64,000 bases of DNA from Diplonema japonicum (Eukaryota; Protista; Euglenozoa: Diplonemea): the NCBI GenBank assembly GCA_964019335.1, contig OZ025751.1, forward strand, positions 186,001 to 250,000, given 5' to 3'. Below are positions 45,366-57,765 of the stretch, piece by piece. Every line of letters begins with the position of its first letter. The stretch's first letter is position 1. The position numbers and the translations under genes are program-made. The notes under the pieces are model-generated. The model was not told where the DNA came from and ran no database searches. It worked only from the letters and a program-made list of their open reading frames with translations.

Positions 45366-48092
45366 GTAGTGCGTCTTTTTCTCTCTCTCTCTTTTTTTTC
45401 TTTTTTTTTTGTCCCTGTTGTTATTTTCCGGTATTTTTTTTTTCTCCCCTTTTGTTCCGCACCGATTTGAGTAGTTAAAAAACAAAAACAAAAAAATGGG
45501 AGAGGGGGTGAGGGTAATTTTAAAAAAAAAAAAAAACCCTGAATGCTATTAAGGAAGAATAGAAAAAAAAAAAAACTGGCAAAACACAAGAAAGTCGGTG
45601 AAAAAAACCCTTCACCCACATTTCCCTTTCCCATTTTTTTTCCCCCCACCACTTCCCCCTTCCCTTTCCCACCCGATTTCTGACACAGTACCTCAGAGGG
45701 CTTAAGTGATTTCCCTCTTGTTGTTCCCCAAATTTTCTTTTTTTTTTATCCCCCCATTTTTTTTTTTTTGTTTTCCCTTTCTCCCCCCCTCAAAGGAGGA
45801 AAAAAAAAAAGAACGATGAATTTTTTAAAAAAAAGAAAATACAAAAAAAAGGGGTTCTTGTGGTGTGTGAAAAAAAAGGGGGGGGCATGTTTACCCTCTT
45901 TTTTTTTCCCCTAAGTTCAAGGTTTCCTTCGTCAATGAATTGAGAAAATAGGAGACGGCAACCTAGGCTTGTTGGTTAGGATGAAGGAGCAGGGGGACAC
46001 TGCCTATGTGGGCACTGGCCACGATGAGTTTGATTATTTTTTAAAAAAAAGGGGGGGTGGTGAATGATATTTTTTTTTTAAAAGAAAATTTGAGTATTAT
46101 AAAAAAAAATGAATTGAATAAAAAAAAAAAGAGAAAAGAATCAGAAAAAACCGGGAAAATAAAGTCTATCCTTCAAAAAAAAAGCAAAGGTGTCATGCGG
46201 CAAGTGTTGATATTTTTTTTACTGCGAAATGCTTCTTGATTTTTTTTGCCTACCCAGAAAAAAAGGGGGGGGTAAAGAAAATTCAAGAGGTTTATCCACC
46301 CCCCCTTTTTTTTAAATAGCTATCAAAAATAATAATGGGTTTCATTTTCTTTTTTTCTTTTTTTTTTGGCGGTAAAGAAAGTAGTTTTAATTACACCTTC
46401 TTTTTGTTTTTTTCTCGTTTTTTTTTGTTCGCCACGAAAAAAAAAAAGAAAAAAAAAACCAAGATGTGTGAAACTAGCAGTTTTTTATATGTAGTCACGG
46501 AAGTGTGCATGTGTAGAAAAAAAACCAAAAAGTTGTCCCCCCCCCATATTTTACTTATTGTTGTTATTTTCGTTTTTTCTTATTCTCTTTTTTTTCCCCC
46601 CTCCCCCTTCACCCTTTTGTTCATTTAGCATTGCCCCTTTTCTTGATACTTTGACCTGCTTTAGGTTGTATTGACCCCTTTTCCTTTTTTTTTTTTTGGT
46701 GGTGGGATACTATGTAGGCATAAGAAAGTACACCCTGTCGGTAAGAAGCTACGGCCGAGGTGCCCCCCCCCCCCCCCCCCCCCCCCCGCCTAGCGATTTT
46801 TTCCCCCCTTTCTGTCTATCCACTCCCCCCCAAAAAAAAATTCATCTGAAAATACAACAACTTGATCCATCACCAAAGGGCAGCACAATTGATGCCGCAA
46901 AAATGTGTGAAATACGGGGTATGGAATGAAGAGGACTGACCCAAGGTCAAAGCCATAGGGGGGGGGGGGAAACAATTTTTTTCTTTTTTTTAGCAATAGG
47001 ATGGTGACAGGGCAGTTTAAATTTTTTTCAAAAAATGTGTGCTTCCAGGATCAGGACCTGCGGTGTCGGGTTCCATAATTCTTTTTTTTGAAACTTGCCT
47101 GGTAGAGAAAACGGCACTTTTTTTTTTCCAGCACATTTCTTTCAAAAAAAAAAAAGTCTGAAATTTAAGCCAAAAAAAAAAGGAAGTGTTAGGTTACACA
47201 GAAAAAAAAATTCGGCTTGAACCCGGGAACGTCAGGACACTTCTTCTTTTCTTTTTCTTTTTTATTTTTTCAGTTTTGTCTAAAAATTCGTTGGGGTTTT
47301 AATATTTTATCTACACAAAGAACCAATAATTGGGAGTGCTCCTCATTTGTGGCTTCACCTGCTTAACAAGCAGTGCTTTTTTTTTTTTTTATATTCTTAT
47401 TTTTTTTATTTATTTCTTCAATACCTGAGCAACACCAACCTGAGCTGTAGGCAGGGGAAGGACAACTTTTTTTTTCCCGGCGGGGAAATAACGAAAGGAA
47501 TGAGATGGAGAAGAAAGTAATATCCTTTTTTTTATTTTTTTTTTATTCACTAAGGACCGCTTAACTGCGTTCTTAAAAAAAAAATCTTATTTTTATAAGT
47601 CGATTGTGGTGTGTTGTGTTTCTTTTTTTTTTTGTGAAAATGCCCCTCTTTTCTTTTTTTTTTTGCCCCTTTTATTTTTTTTTCTCTTCCCTTTTCCCCT
47701 CAATTCCCAAAAAAAAAAGGAGAAAGCCAATAAAAAAAAGATGAGGAAAAAAAAAAACGAGAAGAATTACCTCGAAAAAAAAAAGTACATTAAAAAAAAC
47801 GATGAAGCAATCGATATGCACAATTGGTGAGCGGGAATTAAAAAAAAAATAAAAAGGCGGGAGGAAAAAAAAATAGGGAGGAATGAAACCCCCCCCACCC
47901 TTGCGCCCCCCCCCCCCCCCCTCTAAGATTTCTTCTCTATTTCGTTATCTCGCTTTTTTTATTTTTTTTTTATCGTCTCTCTGTTTTTTTTTCTCTTTTT
48001 TTTTTCTTCCAATCTTTTTAATTTGATTTATTTCTGGTTTTTTTTTTTTACAACAAAAAAAAACAAAAAAAAAGGGGGGGAGAAAAAAAAAT

Positions 48093-50041
48093 ATGTCGGG
48101 CAGCGGTGCAGAAGAAGATGACAAACCCCCAAAAGAAGAGGACAAGGGCGTCCTAGACGGTCTAGGCGTCTCCATGGCAGCCCTGGGAAATATCGAAAGC
48201 GATTTCCACAACGCGATGGTTAATTTAAGCGCAGAGGACAACTTAGAAAGATTCCGTCTTGAGTACGAAAAACTTCACCGTGCATTGAAAAAAAGCCACG
48301 AAAGCGAGAAACGCTTGATTAAAAAATGCACCGATTTAAATGCAGAAATCGTGGCGAACGCGACAAAAGTTCAAACCGCTTTGAAACTCAGCCAAGAGGA
48401 CCAGAACACAATCGTGGCTTTGAAAAAAGAAATCGAAAAGGCGTGGAAAATGGTCGACGCGGCGCACGAAAAAGAAACAAGAGCAAAGGAAACCATCCAA
48501 CAGCTCAAAAAAGAAATCTCCAACCTCGCACTACTAGTGGAACAAGGCGCAGGCATAACAGTAGGTCAGGAAAACACTGTTCGCGACCTTATCCGGATCA
48601 AGGACGAACTCGCAAAAGACAGAGATCTCCTTCAAAACCAAAACCTCTCGCTTAAAAACGAACTCGGCAACAAGCTCGAGGACATCCGAAAACTTCAAAC
48701 AGACTTCTCCTCGAAAGATGAGTCGCACACTGTACTCAGCGAAAAGTACACATTAATGAAACGAGATCTTGAAACAGAAATCCGCAAAAGAGAGCGAAAC
48801 GACAAGGAGTTAAAAGAGCTTAATCTAGTTCTTCAAAACCGTCTCGCCGACATCCGGCAAAAAACGCTTCTCATCGGTCAGGGCTTGGACAACATCCAAC
48901 GTTTGGAGCACAATCTCAAAGAAGAAAAAGCACGAACGGACAGAATCGCAAAGGAATTCGACACGCTTAACAACCAGTTAGAAGCCAACAAAAAATCTCT
49001 CGAGGAGGAGATCGCATTGAACTCCACGTTAACCGGTCAAAACACGCAGGCTAAGGCGGAGATAAACCTCAAGGACTACGAAACAGTTCAACTAAAATCG
49101 CAGGTTCAAAAGCTTGTCAAGGTGAAAGACAACCAACAGAAAAGCATCAAGAAGCTTGAAAACGAAAAACAAGAAATCGAAAGGTCGAAAGACCAACTTC
49201 GCAACACAATCGCTTCCCTTGACCGTACCATTGGAACAATGAAACGCCAAGAGGACAGCGATCGCAAGGCTACCGAAGAACTTCAACGTGAACGAGACAT
49301 TCTCAATATGCACTACATAAAAACACAAGGTGACAAGCAACACGTCGAATCCGACCTAAAGGTCATGGACAACAAGCGAAAAAACCTTGAACAAGAGTTG
49401 GCTGGACACCGTCAAGAAGCAAACACACAACGCAAGCTGATCTACTCCCTCGAGCAAGAGATCGAAAAATACTCTTCTAAAGCTTCAGAAGCAACCACAA
49501 AGTACCACCAAGCCATGGAAGAGGTCAAAATCGGTCAAATGAAAGTAGTTGATTTCCAAAAGCAAATCGACGAGGCGAACAACAAGCTCAAAGTTCAGCA
49601 GAATCTCTACGAACAGGTTCGCTCAGACAGAAACCTGTACTCCAAGAACCTCATTGAAGCGCAGGATGAAATCAACGAGATGAAACGAAAATTCAAGATC
49701 ATGTCTCATCAAATAGACCAACTCAAAGAAGAGATCGGCCAGAAGGAGAAGGCCCTCGTCAACGAACATTACGCGCAGAAAAAAATGGAAAAACAGCTGG
49801 AACAGCTGAAAAACAGAATACAAGGCCTGGAAACGGCAAAGGAAGGACAGGTATAATTTTTTTTTTTTTTTTTTTTTTTTAAACAAAAAAAAAAAAAGTC
49901 TCGACGAATCTTGGGTCTCGACCAAGAAATCCACCAGCTGGGGCAAATCATCACCGACTGCGACGCAGAACGAGCGAAACAACGGAAAAAGCTGAACCAT
50001 GTTATGAACGAACGAGATATTCTTGGGACACAATTGATTCG

Positions 50042-50075
<34 letters not shown>

Positions 50076-50906
50076 CCCTTCAATTTTTTAACCCCCCCAC
50101 ACACACAGAAACGACGAACTCGCCCTCCTCTACGAAAAAATACGAATCCAACAATCCACACTGAACAAGGGGGAGATCCAGTACCGCGACAGGCTCGTCG
50201 ATATTAGGATGCTCCGGCTGAAGATACAAGAGCTAAAAAGAAACCTGCACATCACCCAAGCCCGTGTGAGAAACGTAGAAGAGCTCAAGAAACAAATCAA
50301 CACTCTGCAAAGACAGCTAATGCACGAACGGAACAAGGTGAAGGCCCTCAGCGAGGAATTGGAAAACCCGATGAACGTACACAGGTGGAGGAAGCTCGAA
50401 GGATCGGACCCGAAAGAGCACGAGATGATACAAAAGATACAAACTCTTCAGAAAAGGCTCATTGCAAAAACAGAAGAATGCGTAGAGAAGGACCTGTTGA
50501 TACAGGAAAAAGAAAAACTTTACGTGGAGCTGAAGAATATTCTGTCAAGGCAACCAGGTCCTGAAGTGGCGGAACAGCTGAACATTTATCACGAGAATCT
50601 TCGCAAGCGTAATGTGCAGATGAAGCACATGGCTGCCGAGCTTAACATGGCGTCCACGCAGACAAGCAACTACAAGTACGAGATCGAGAGGCTAACCCGC
50701 GAGCTGCACGAGACGAAGAAAAAATTCTTCGAGCAAAAATCTCGAAACCACCTCCTCAACCAAGAGCGGTCACTTGTCGAACAATCTAACAAGGATTCGA
50801 CATCGTTCCCTCTGCAGCATCCTCCAGGGCAGGTATGGGAAAAAAAAATAAATAAATAAAAAAATAGGCAAGATACGCCGGTGGTGGTTACTCGCTTGCA
50901 ACGTGA
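48093..50906 (+). CDS. CFAP58: cilia- and flagella-associated protein 58 (CCDC147), 4 exons
   Basis: FRLEYEKLHRALKKSHESEKRL, LYEQVRSDRNLYSKNLIEAQDEI, ELENPMNVHRWRKLEGSDP and C-terminal RYAGGGY; 3 GT-AG introns. Confidence 0.95.
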
Positions 50907-50939
50907 TCGGGGGGATGGGGAGGAGGGGAATGTATCTTT

Positions 50940-50973
<34 letters not shown>

Positions 50974-51269
50974 AGGTGAAAACTTTTATATTTTTTAGTA
51001 AATAGCAACACGGAAAAAAAAAATGAGGGGGGGTAAAATGTTGTTGTTTTTTTTTCTTTCTTGTATTTCTAGTGATTTGCAAAAAAATGACAACATTTTT
51101 TTTTTTTCCTCTTGTTTCCCTTCCCCTCCATTTACTCTTTTGTTCAAAAAAAAAAAATCCCCCCTTTTTTTTTTGTCATTGTGTTATATTTTTTTCATCA
51201 GAAACAAAACACATACAAAAAAAAATTTTTATCCACAATCAGGAAGAGGCGAGGGAAAAAAAAAAAAAA

Positions 51270-51792
51270 ATGATAGCTTCGCGAACGCAGCGAACGGCCC
51301 TAGCCAAGCAAAGAAGAGGGTTCCTGCATTTGTTTTTCCTGAAACAAAAAGCAATTACGCCGGGGATGGCAAACCCGTGGATGCCGGTACCTGAGTGGCA
51401 AAAATATTTAAGAGATAAGGCGATGCAGGACCCAAAATATCACCAGCATTTTTTTGACGAGATTAACCCCGAAGCGAACAGGAAGGGTAGAAAGGCAGAG
51501 GTTTTTTTCCTCACCATCGTGGTTGTTGTACTAAACCTGTACTTATGGGTTTTGTCTATCCGGACTCGATCGCTGCAAATCGAGTGCCTGAAAATAGAAG
51601 AGACCCAATCAAAATTCGTGTCAAAATTGATAATTTCTGACGAGGGCCTACTCAAGGAGATTGTAGCAGCCGTGGACAGGGTGGGAGCTGAAAAAAATAT
51701 AAAGTATGAAAACAGTGGGGGAAAAAAAATAAAAAAATCCCCACAGAAAACGAAAAGCTGTGTATGAGCAAGAGTTCCAAGGACTTTTGTGA
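51270..51792 (+). CDS. small single-TM protein, possibly mitochondrial, 2 exons
   Basis: Presequence-like MIASRTQRTALAKQRRG and one TM; the intron at about 51704-51746 gives the end ...KRKAVYEQEFQGLL*. Confidence 0.6.
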
Positions 51793-51883
51793 TATATATA
51801 TATATATTTTCCCCCCCCCCCCAAACGTACATTTTAAAAAAAAAATAATAATAACAACAACAAGGAGGGAAAAAGAGGGGTAT

Positions 51884-54139
51884 ATGGACCCGCTCATACC
51901 TGCTGCGGAGCTGTCTCATATTTCGGGGGAAACCTACCTCGATTATGCTGGAGCAGGCCTGTACTGTCAAAGCCAGGTTGAAGCGTTGTATAAGGATTTA
52001 AAAGAAGGCGGTTATGGAAACCCACACAGCAAGAACAGCAAGGGAAAGAGATCAAGAGATACAGCGGAACAGTTGAAGCGACAGATTCTCACCGAACTCA
52101 ACACCGATAGCGACAGATACGAGGTGGTCATCACGTCGGGAGCAACGGGAGGGTTAAAGATAGTGGGACAGAGCTTTCCATTCACAGAAGATTCTGTTTA
52201 TGGTGTTCACCAGCACAACCACAACTCTGTTCTGGGAATACGGCGGTGTTGCTTGTCAAAAAACGGAAAGTACAAATGTTTTCCGAAAGAAGAATTTCCC
52301 CCGGTAGAATCCTCTACAACGAAACCGTCTCTCCTCGCCGCCCCGCTTCTCTGCAACTTCTCCGGGCTTATAACAGATCTAACATGGTGCGGCATGGCAA
52401 GACAACAAGGATGGTACACTCTCGTCGATGCCGCCGCCGCATTCTGCAAAATGAAAATCGATCTTTCAAGCCCCTCCTGCCAGCCGGACTTCATGGTTCT
52501 ATCTTTCTACAAAGCATTTGGAATGCCCACTGGAATGGGTGTTCTTATCATACGCAAACCAGCTTTACAAATTCTTCGTAAAAACTACTTCGGTGGAGGG
52601 ACGTTAAGCGCGTGTACCGCTGATGTACCATGGGAGGTTTTCCGGCAAGGGTCAGACGGGTATGAAGACGGCACTCCATCGTTCCTCGACGCGGGAACAG
52701 CGCTTTTTGGAATGAAGATGATGGAGAAGCTGTCGGTGGAGGTTGTTGAGTCTCGCATGAGAATACTGACGAAGACTCTGTTGCAAACGATACGCGGGGC
52801 AACACACAGCAACGGAACCCCGTTGGCCGTGGTGTACGGTCACACCCCTGACACAAGAAAATACAGCTGCGTGGTAGCCTTCAATCTCATCGACGAATCC
52901 CGTTCGCCTATCGGGTACGCCGCCGTTGTGGAAGCAGCCGACATCCACGACATTCAATTAAGAGGAGGGTGTTTCTGCAACCCTGGTGCGTGTCACTCGT
53001 ACCTCAATATCAGTCCAGAAGAAGCGAAAAATCATGAAACAGAAGGCCATGTCTGCGGTGACGCCAAGGACATCATCAATGGCAAGCCTACCGGCGCCGT
53101 CCGTGCCAGCATCGGGCCCTACACAACCGAGGACGATATTTCAAAACTGGGTTTGTTTTTGCAAACCTGTTTTCTTCATGATGATGGGGATCAAGGCAGG
53201 CTTCACCCTGCAGAACATAGCAAACCGTGTGTTGTCACAGACCTCTACCTCTACCCTGTGAAGGGCGCAAGAGCCGTTCAAATAACAAACACATGGCCGG
53301 TGACGCCGACGGGGCTTTTATTCGACAGGGTGTGGTGTGTTTGTAGGTCGTCTTCACCGATTGCAGCCACCCGGAAGACCATCCCTGGGCTCAGCGAGAT
53401 ACAGCCTTTTATCGATGTGTCCCGTGGCGTGTTGATTCTGGGGCATCTTCCGAGCAAACAGTATATTGAATGCCCGCTTTCCCCGCCGGACAACAAACAA
53501 CAAGAACTTGGATTAAGCCGAGACGTGAATGTGCGGGGCACGAAGGGCTCCGTGTTGCTGTGTTCTGATGATGTCAACACATGGTTGAGCGAAAAGCTCG
53601 GTGAGCCAGGCTTGACGTTATGCTACAAGGAACAAGGAAATTTATCGAACACAGGTGCCTTTCTTGTTGTGAATGATGAATCTGTCGAGAGGTTAAGAGA
53701 GACATCCCCGCAAGGGTGTGCCGTGCAGAAAGAGGTCTTCCGCCCGAATATTGTCCTGCAGACGGGGTCGGCATGGGCAGAGGATGAGTGGAGGGAGCTT
53801 CGGTTCAAGGGATTCACATTGACAGATTTTGAACCGTGTGTAAGGTGCTCTCAGATTAACATCCCGACGGAGCCCCCTTACACGCCTTCGCGGGATCAAG
53901 AGCCGCTCCGGACCTTGCTTCGAACTCGGAAGGTTAAGGGCAAGCCCATTTTCGGCGCCACCGCCTCCATCGCTGGCCCTTCCTTTTCGTCATCGATGAC
54001 AACTAACCTGTCCCCTCTCCCATCCCACCCCCCTGTCTCCCCGGCGGTGTACTTCACAGGCACCCAAACACCCCTCATCATGAAGGGGTGTCCGCACATC
54101 AGCGTCGGCGACGAATTCACCACCATCGGAAGGGGGTGA
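51884..54139 (+). CDS. MOCOS: molybdenum cofactor sulfurase (NifS-like + MOSC)
   Basis: YLDYAGAGLY, YGNPHS, SFYKAFGMPTG, LRGGCFCNPGAC, LYLYPVKG, FRPNIV and PCVRC. Confidence 0.95.
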   Translation: MDPLIPAAELSHISGETYLDYAGAGLYCQSQVEALYKDLKEGGYGNPHSKNSKGKRSRDTAEQLKRQILTELNTDSDRYEVVITSGATGGLKIVGQSFPFTEDSVYGVHQHNHNSVLGIRRCCLSKNGKYKCFPKEEFPPVESSTTKPSLLAAPLLCNFSGLITDLTWCGMARQQGWYTLVDAAAAFCKMKIDLSSPSCQPDFMVLSFYKAFGMPTGMGVLIIRKPALQILRKNYFGGGTLSACTADVPWEVFRQGSDGYEDGTPSFLDAGTALFGMKMMEKLSVEVVESRMRILTKTLLQTIRGATHSNGTPLAVVYGHTPDTRKYSCVVAFNLIDESRSPIGYAAVVEAADIHDIQLRGGCFCNPGACHSYLNISPEEAKNHETEGHVCGDAKDIINGKPTGAVRASIGPYTTEDDISKLGLFLQTCFLHDDGDQGRLHPAEHSKPCVVTDLYLYPVKGARAVQITNTWPVTPTGLLFDRVWCVCRSSSPIAATRKTIPGLSEIQPFIDVSRGVLILGHLPSKQYIECPLSPPDNKQQELGLSRDVNVRGTKGSVLLCSDDVNTWLSEKLGEPGLTLCYKEQGNLSNTGAFLVVNDESVERLRETSPQGCAVQKEVFRPNIVLQTGSAWAEDEWRELRFKGFTLTDFEPCVRCSQINIPTEPPYTPSRDQEPLRTLLRTRKVKGKPIFGATASIAGPSFSSSMTTNLSPLPSHPPVSPAVYFTGTQTPLIMKGCPHISVGDEFTTIGRG

Positions 54140-54372
54140 GGGGGGAGGAGAAAATTACGCGTGTTTTTTTTTTCTTTTTTTTTTTACTCCTTTTTTTGGG
54201 GGTCACCCCCCCCTTTTTTTTTGCTTCTTCTCCTTCGAGATCAAAAACGAAGAGAGAAAAAAAAAAGAAAAGAAAAAAAACCTCTCTCATGGTTTACGTG
54301 TTTTTTTTTTTTTTTTTTCCCACACACTTTCCATCATGTTGCCAACCCTACAACAGGACCGCCCCGGGGGGA

Positions 54373-55179
54373 ATGGCTGATCCGGAAATGGAGAGCCTTG
54401 CGGCCTCGGAAAGAACACTTGATGAAGTCGACCGGCAGATTGTGGAGAAGAGGGAAGCTGTGAGGGTGCTAATGACCGAGATCACCATGTTAGAGGGCGA
54501 GAGGGACGGGCTCGCGTTGAGGGTGAGGGAACAGCGGGTGGCGGTGAACGATAAACTGGTGCTGCTGGCCGCACAGTGCCAGATGGGTATCGCGGCACAA
54601 CAACAAAACACGCAAGCTGCCGTGCAACAGACCATCTTAGAAGAGAAGGTACGGATGTTGGAGAGCGATCTCATGACCGCAAGACAAAACTCAGAAGGCC
54701 TGGTCTCAAGCCTCACCGACAAGCTCCACAAAGCCGATGAAGCCACTGAAGAAGCCCGTGCTTTGAAAGGTCTCCTCCTCCAAAAGCGTTGCTTCCAATG
54801 CCATAACCAGATGACATGTCAGTGCGAAGGGTTTGCCGTCCTCGGCATCGAGGTGGCCGATGCATCAAAGTTCAATCTGGACGGTGTCTGGGTTATCTCC
54901 ACTGTTGACCACGGCCCTTGCAACCTTGCAGGCATCCTCCCTGGAGACGTACTTTACGAGTTTGAAGGCATCTCCATATCGAACAGGAAGGATCTTCGGA
55001 GCTGTCTCTCTAGTTGCAAGCCGCAGCAACAGGTGATCCTCACCGTAACCCGCGACCCCGGGAACGCCGCCCCCGTGCAGACCCGTGTCTCCGTCAGCCT
55101 CGGGTCCTCGCACACAAAACAGCAAAACGTCCGCAAAGTTCGAATGAGAAGCGCCTCGCCTTCTCCCACCCGGTTGTAA
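54373..55179 (+). CDS. coiled-coil + PDZ domain protein
   Basis: N-terminal heptads; LGIEV...GVWVISTVDHGPCNLAGILPGDVLYEFEG is PDZ-like. Confidence 0.75.
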   Translation: MADPEMESLAASERTLDEVDRQIVEKREAVRVLMTEITMLEGERDGLALRVREQRVAVNDKLVLLAAQCQMGIAAQQQNTQAAVQQTILEEKVRMLESDLMTARQNSEGLVSSLTDKLHKADEATEEARALKGLLLQKRCFQCHNQMTCQCEGFAVLGIEVADASKFNLDGVWVISTVDHGPCNLAGILPGDVLYEFEGISISNRKDLRSCLSSCKPQQQVILTVTRDPGNAAPVQTRVSVSLGSSHTKQQNVRKVRMRSASPSPTRL

Positions 55180-55326
55180 AAAAAAAATCTTTTTTTTTTG
55201 TAGTTATTGTTGTTGTTGTACCCTTAGTATTGTAGTTTTTTTTTTTTTTTTTTTTTTTTGTTTTGTCTGCAAATCGAGCTGGGAGGAAACAAACAAAGAA
55301 AAGGCAGCGGCGGAGGGCGTTGCAGT

Positions 55327-55372
<46 letters not shown>

Positions 55373-55373
55373 T

Positions 55374-56634
55374 ATGAACGTCCGGGGGAGTTTCAAGGAT
55401 GCCAGGCGCATCATGATAAAGGTGGGGAGCAACGTTTTGACGAACGAACAGGGCCGGTTGTCCATCGGGAGGATAGGGCACATCGTCGAACAAATTGCAA
55501 AACTAGTCCTTCAGGACGGGAAGGAGGTCATCCTAGTGAGCAGCGGGGCCGTGGCGGTGGGGAGGAGAAGGCTCGAGTTCCAACGAAGACTGAGCAGAAG
55601 CATCCTGCACACCGACAAGGTCACCGTTCCCACAAACCGCGCAGCCGCATCCGCCGGCCAAGCAGCCTTCATGGCTTTGTACGAGCAGATGTTCGCCCAG
55701 TTCGACCTGATGGTGGGAAATGTACTACTCACCCATTCAGACCTTAGTTCACCCCAACACATAAGCACCTTTGCAAACACAATCGACGAACTTTTGAAAT
55801 GCTCGATCATCCCAGTGCTTAACGAGAACGACGTGACGAACCAGCTCATCGCGAACGCCCCAGCATGGTTTGCCGACAACGATTCCCTCTCAGCCAAGCT
55901 TGCCACAGATCTCGACGCGCAACTGTTGCTTCTCCTGACAGACATCGATGGTGTCTACACAAAGCCGCCTGGCGAGAAGGGTGGGTACCTCCTCGATTAC
56001 TACTCACCAGCCATCGACACCATTAAGTTCGGTGAGGTGTCGAGCAGAGGCCGTGGTGGGATGGAGTCGAAGATCCGCGCTGCAACCCTCGCCTCCCAGA
56101 GAGGCGTTGATGTTGTCGTTGCGTCTGGCTACGAACGCAATGTCATAGACCGCCTGTTCGCAGGCGAGGTCATGGGTACTGTCTTCACAGAGAAGTGGGA
56201 AATGCAAGCTTTGACACCAAGACAGACCTGTGCAAAGGCGAACCAATGTAAATCGGAGCTGCACACGATGTCAGGGTCAACACGATCCGATCTTTTGCGT
56301 GGTATCTCTGAAGCCATGATACGGGATGCGCCTGCGATACTCGAGGCGAACAATGCTGACATCTCCGCTGCTCCTGAGATGCGGTCGAAGCTTGAGCTGG
56401 ACCTTGACGCCATTAAGGCCATCGCGAAGAGTACCTCGATGCTCGCCAACTCCCCCGACCCTGTCGGTGCCATCCTTGAGCAGCGTGAACTTACAGACGG
56501 GCTCACACTGAACAGAACCACCTCCCCACTTGGGGTGGTGCTTGCCCTTGGTGATGCTCCGGAAGTGTTCCCTCAGGCTGTGTCTCTCGCGATGCGGACG
56601 GGCAATGCATTGATATTCTACGATGGTGTGAGTA

Positions 56635-56669
<35 letters not shown>

Positions 56670-57765
56670 TAACCCTTCCCACAGTAAGCGGTCATGCAAG
56701 GAATACCTACGAGGCGTTCTGCACCACCATCAGGACAGTGACACATGGAAGATATCCAGCAGACGCAGTATGGATTTTTTTTTTTTTTTTTTTTTTTTTA
56801 ATGCCCATTTTCAAAAAAAAAAAAAAAAAAAAACCAAAAAAAAAAAAAAAACAGATCCAACTGCTAGGAAGGGAAGTCGACCTCACCCGCCTCGTGACAC
56901 AGAAGGAAGACCTCATCGACGTGATACTGATACGAGGGTAATGCGGGAAAAAAGAAAAAGAAAAAAAAAGAAAAAGAAAAAAATAATATAAAGGTCTCGA
57001 GAGCTAGCTAGGAAGATAACAGACCAAACAAGAGTACCTGTACTAGGCGCGGGGAATGGATGTGTGTCTCATGTGTATATTGACGAAGCTGCGGATGTGG
57101 AGAAAGCAGTGGCCATCGTGCTGGACAGCAAGGCGACAAAGGGAAGGCCTGGGTGTAACATAGGTCCCACGAACCTGGTGTACAACGCAATGGATGTCTT
57201 GCTGATACACGAGAGCTTCCCATCGGAGTCCAGATCCAAGCTTGTGAGGGCACTGAGTGAGGCTAAGGTACGATTGTATGGCGGTCCAAACGCTGCTGTA
57301 AACCTTGGGCTCAGCGAGGCGCCAAGTCTTGAAACAGAGTGGGGAGCACAACTTGCTGCCACAATTGAAATTGTAGGATCAACGCAAGAAGCTGTGAAAA
57401 TCATAAATTCAAACGGTGCTGGTACAGCCGATGTTATTGTAACAGAAAATCCTCAATCCGCAGAGATTTTTCTCAATGAGGTGGATTCTGCTTGTATTTT
57501 CCAGAATGCTTCCACACGTTTTGCTGATGGATACCGTCTTGGGATAGGTGCTGAGACAGGCGTCTCGACCAGAAGGATCCACACAAGAGGCCCTGCAGGG
57601 ATAAAGGGTCTCCTCACGTCACGATGGGTTGTGAAGTCAGATTCGTGCCACACAATCCAACAAGAGATGGAAGGAAAGTGGGCTTATGTCCACAGGGAAC
57701 TCCCTTCTTCATATGATGATGTTGATGCTGATAGTGATGGTTGTGGAAAAGTTTCTGATGCTTGA
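55374..57765 (+). CDS. P5CS: delta-1-pyrroline-5-carboxylate synthase (ProB-ProA fusion), 4 exons
   Basis: IKVGSNVL, VSSGAVAVG, PVLNEND, DNDSL and GRGGMESK (glutamate 5-kinase); NASTRFADGYRLGIGAE and IHTRGP (gamma-glutamyl phosphate reductase); 3 introns within 56626-56993. Confidence 0.92.
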
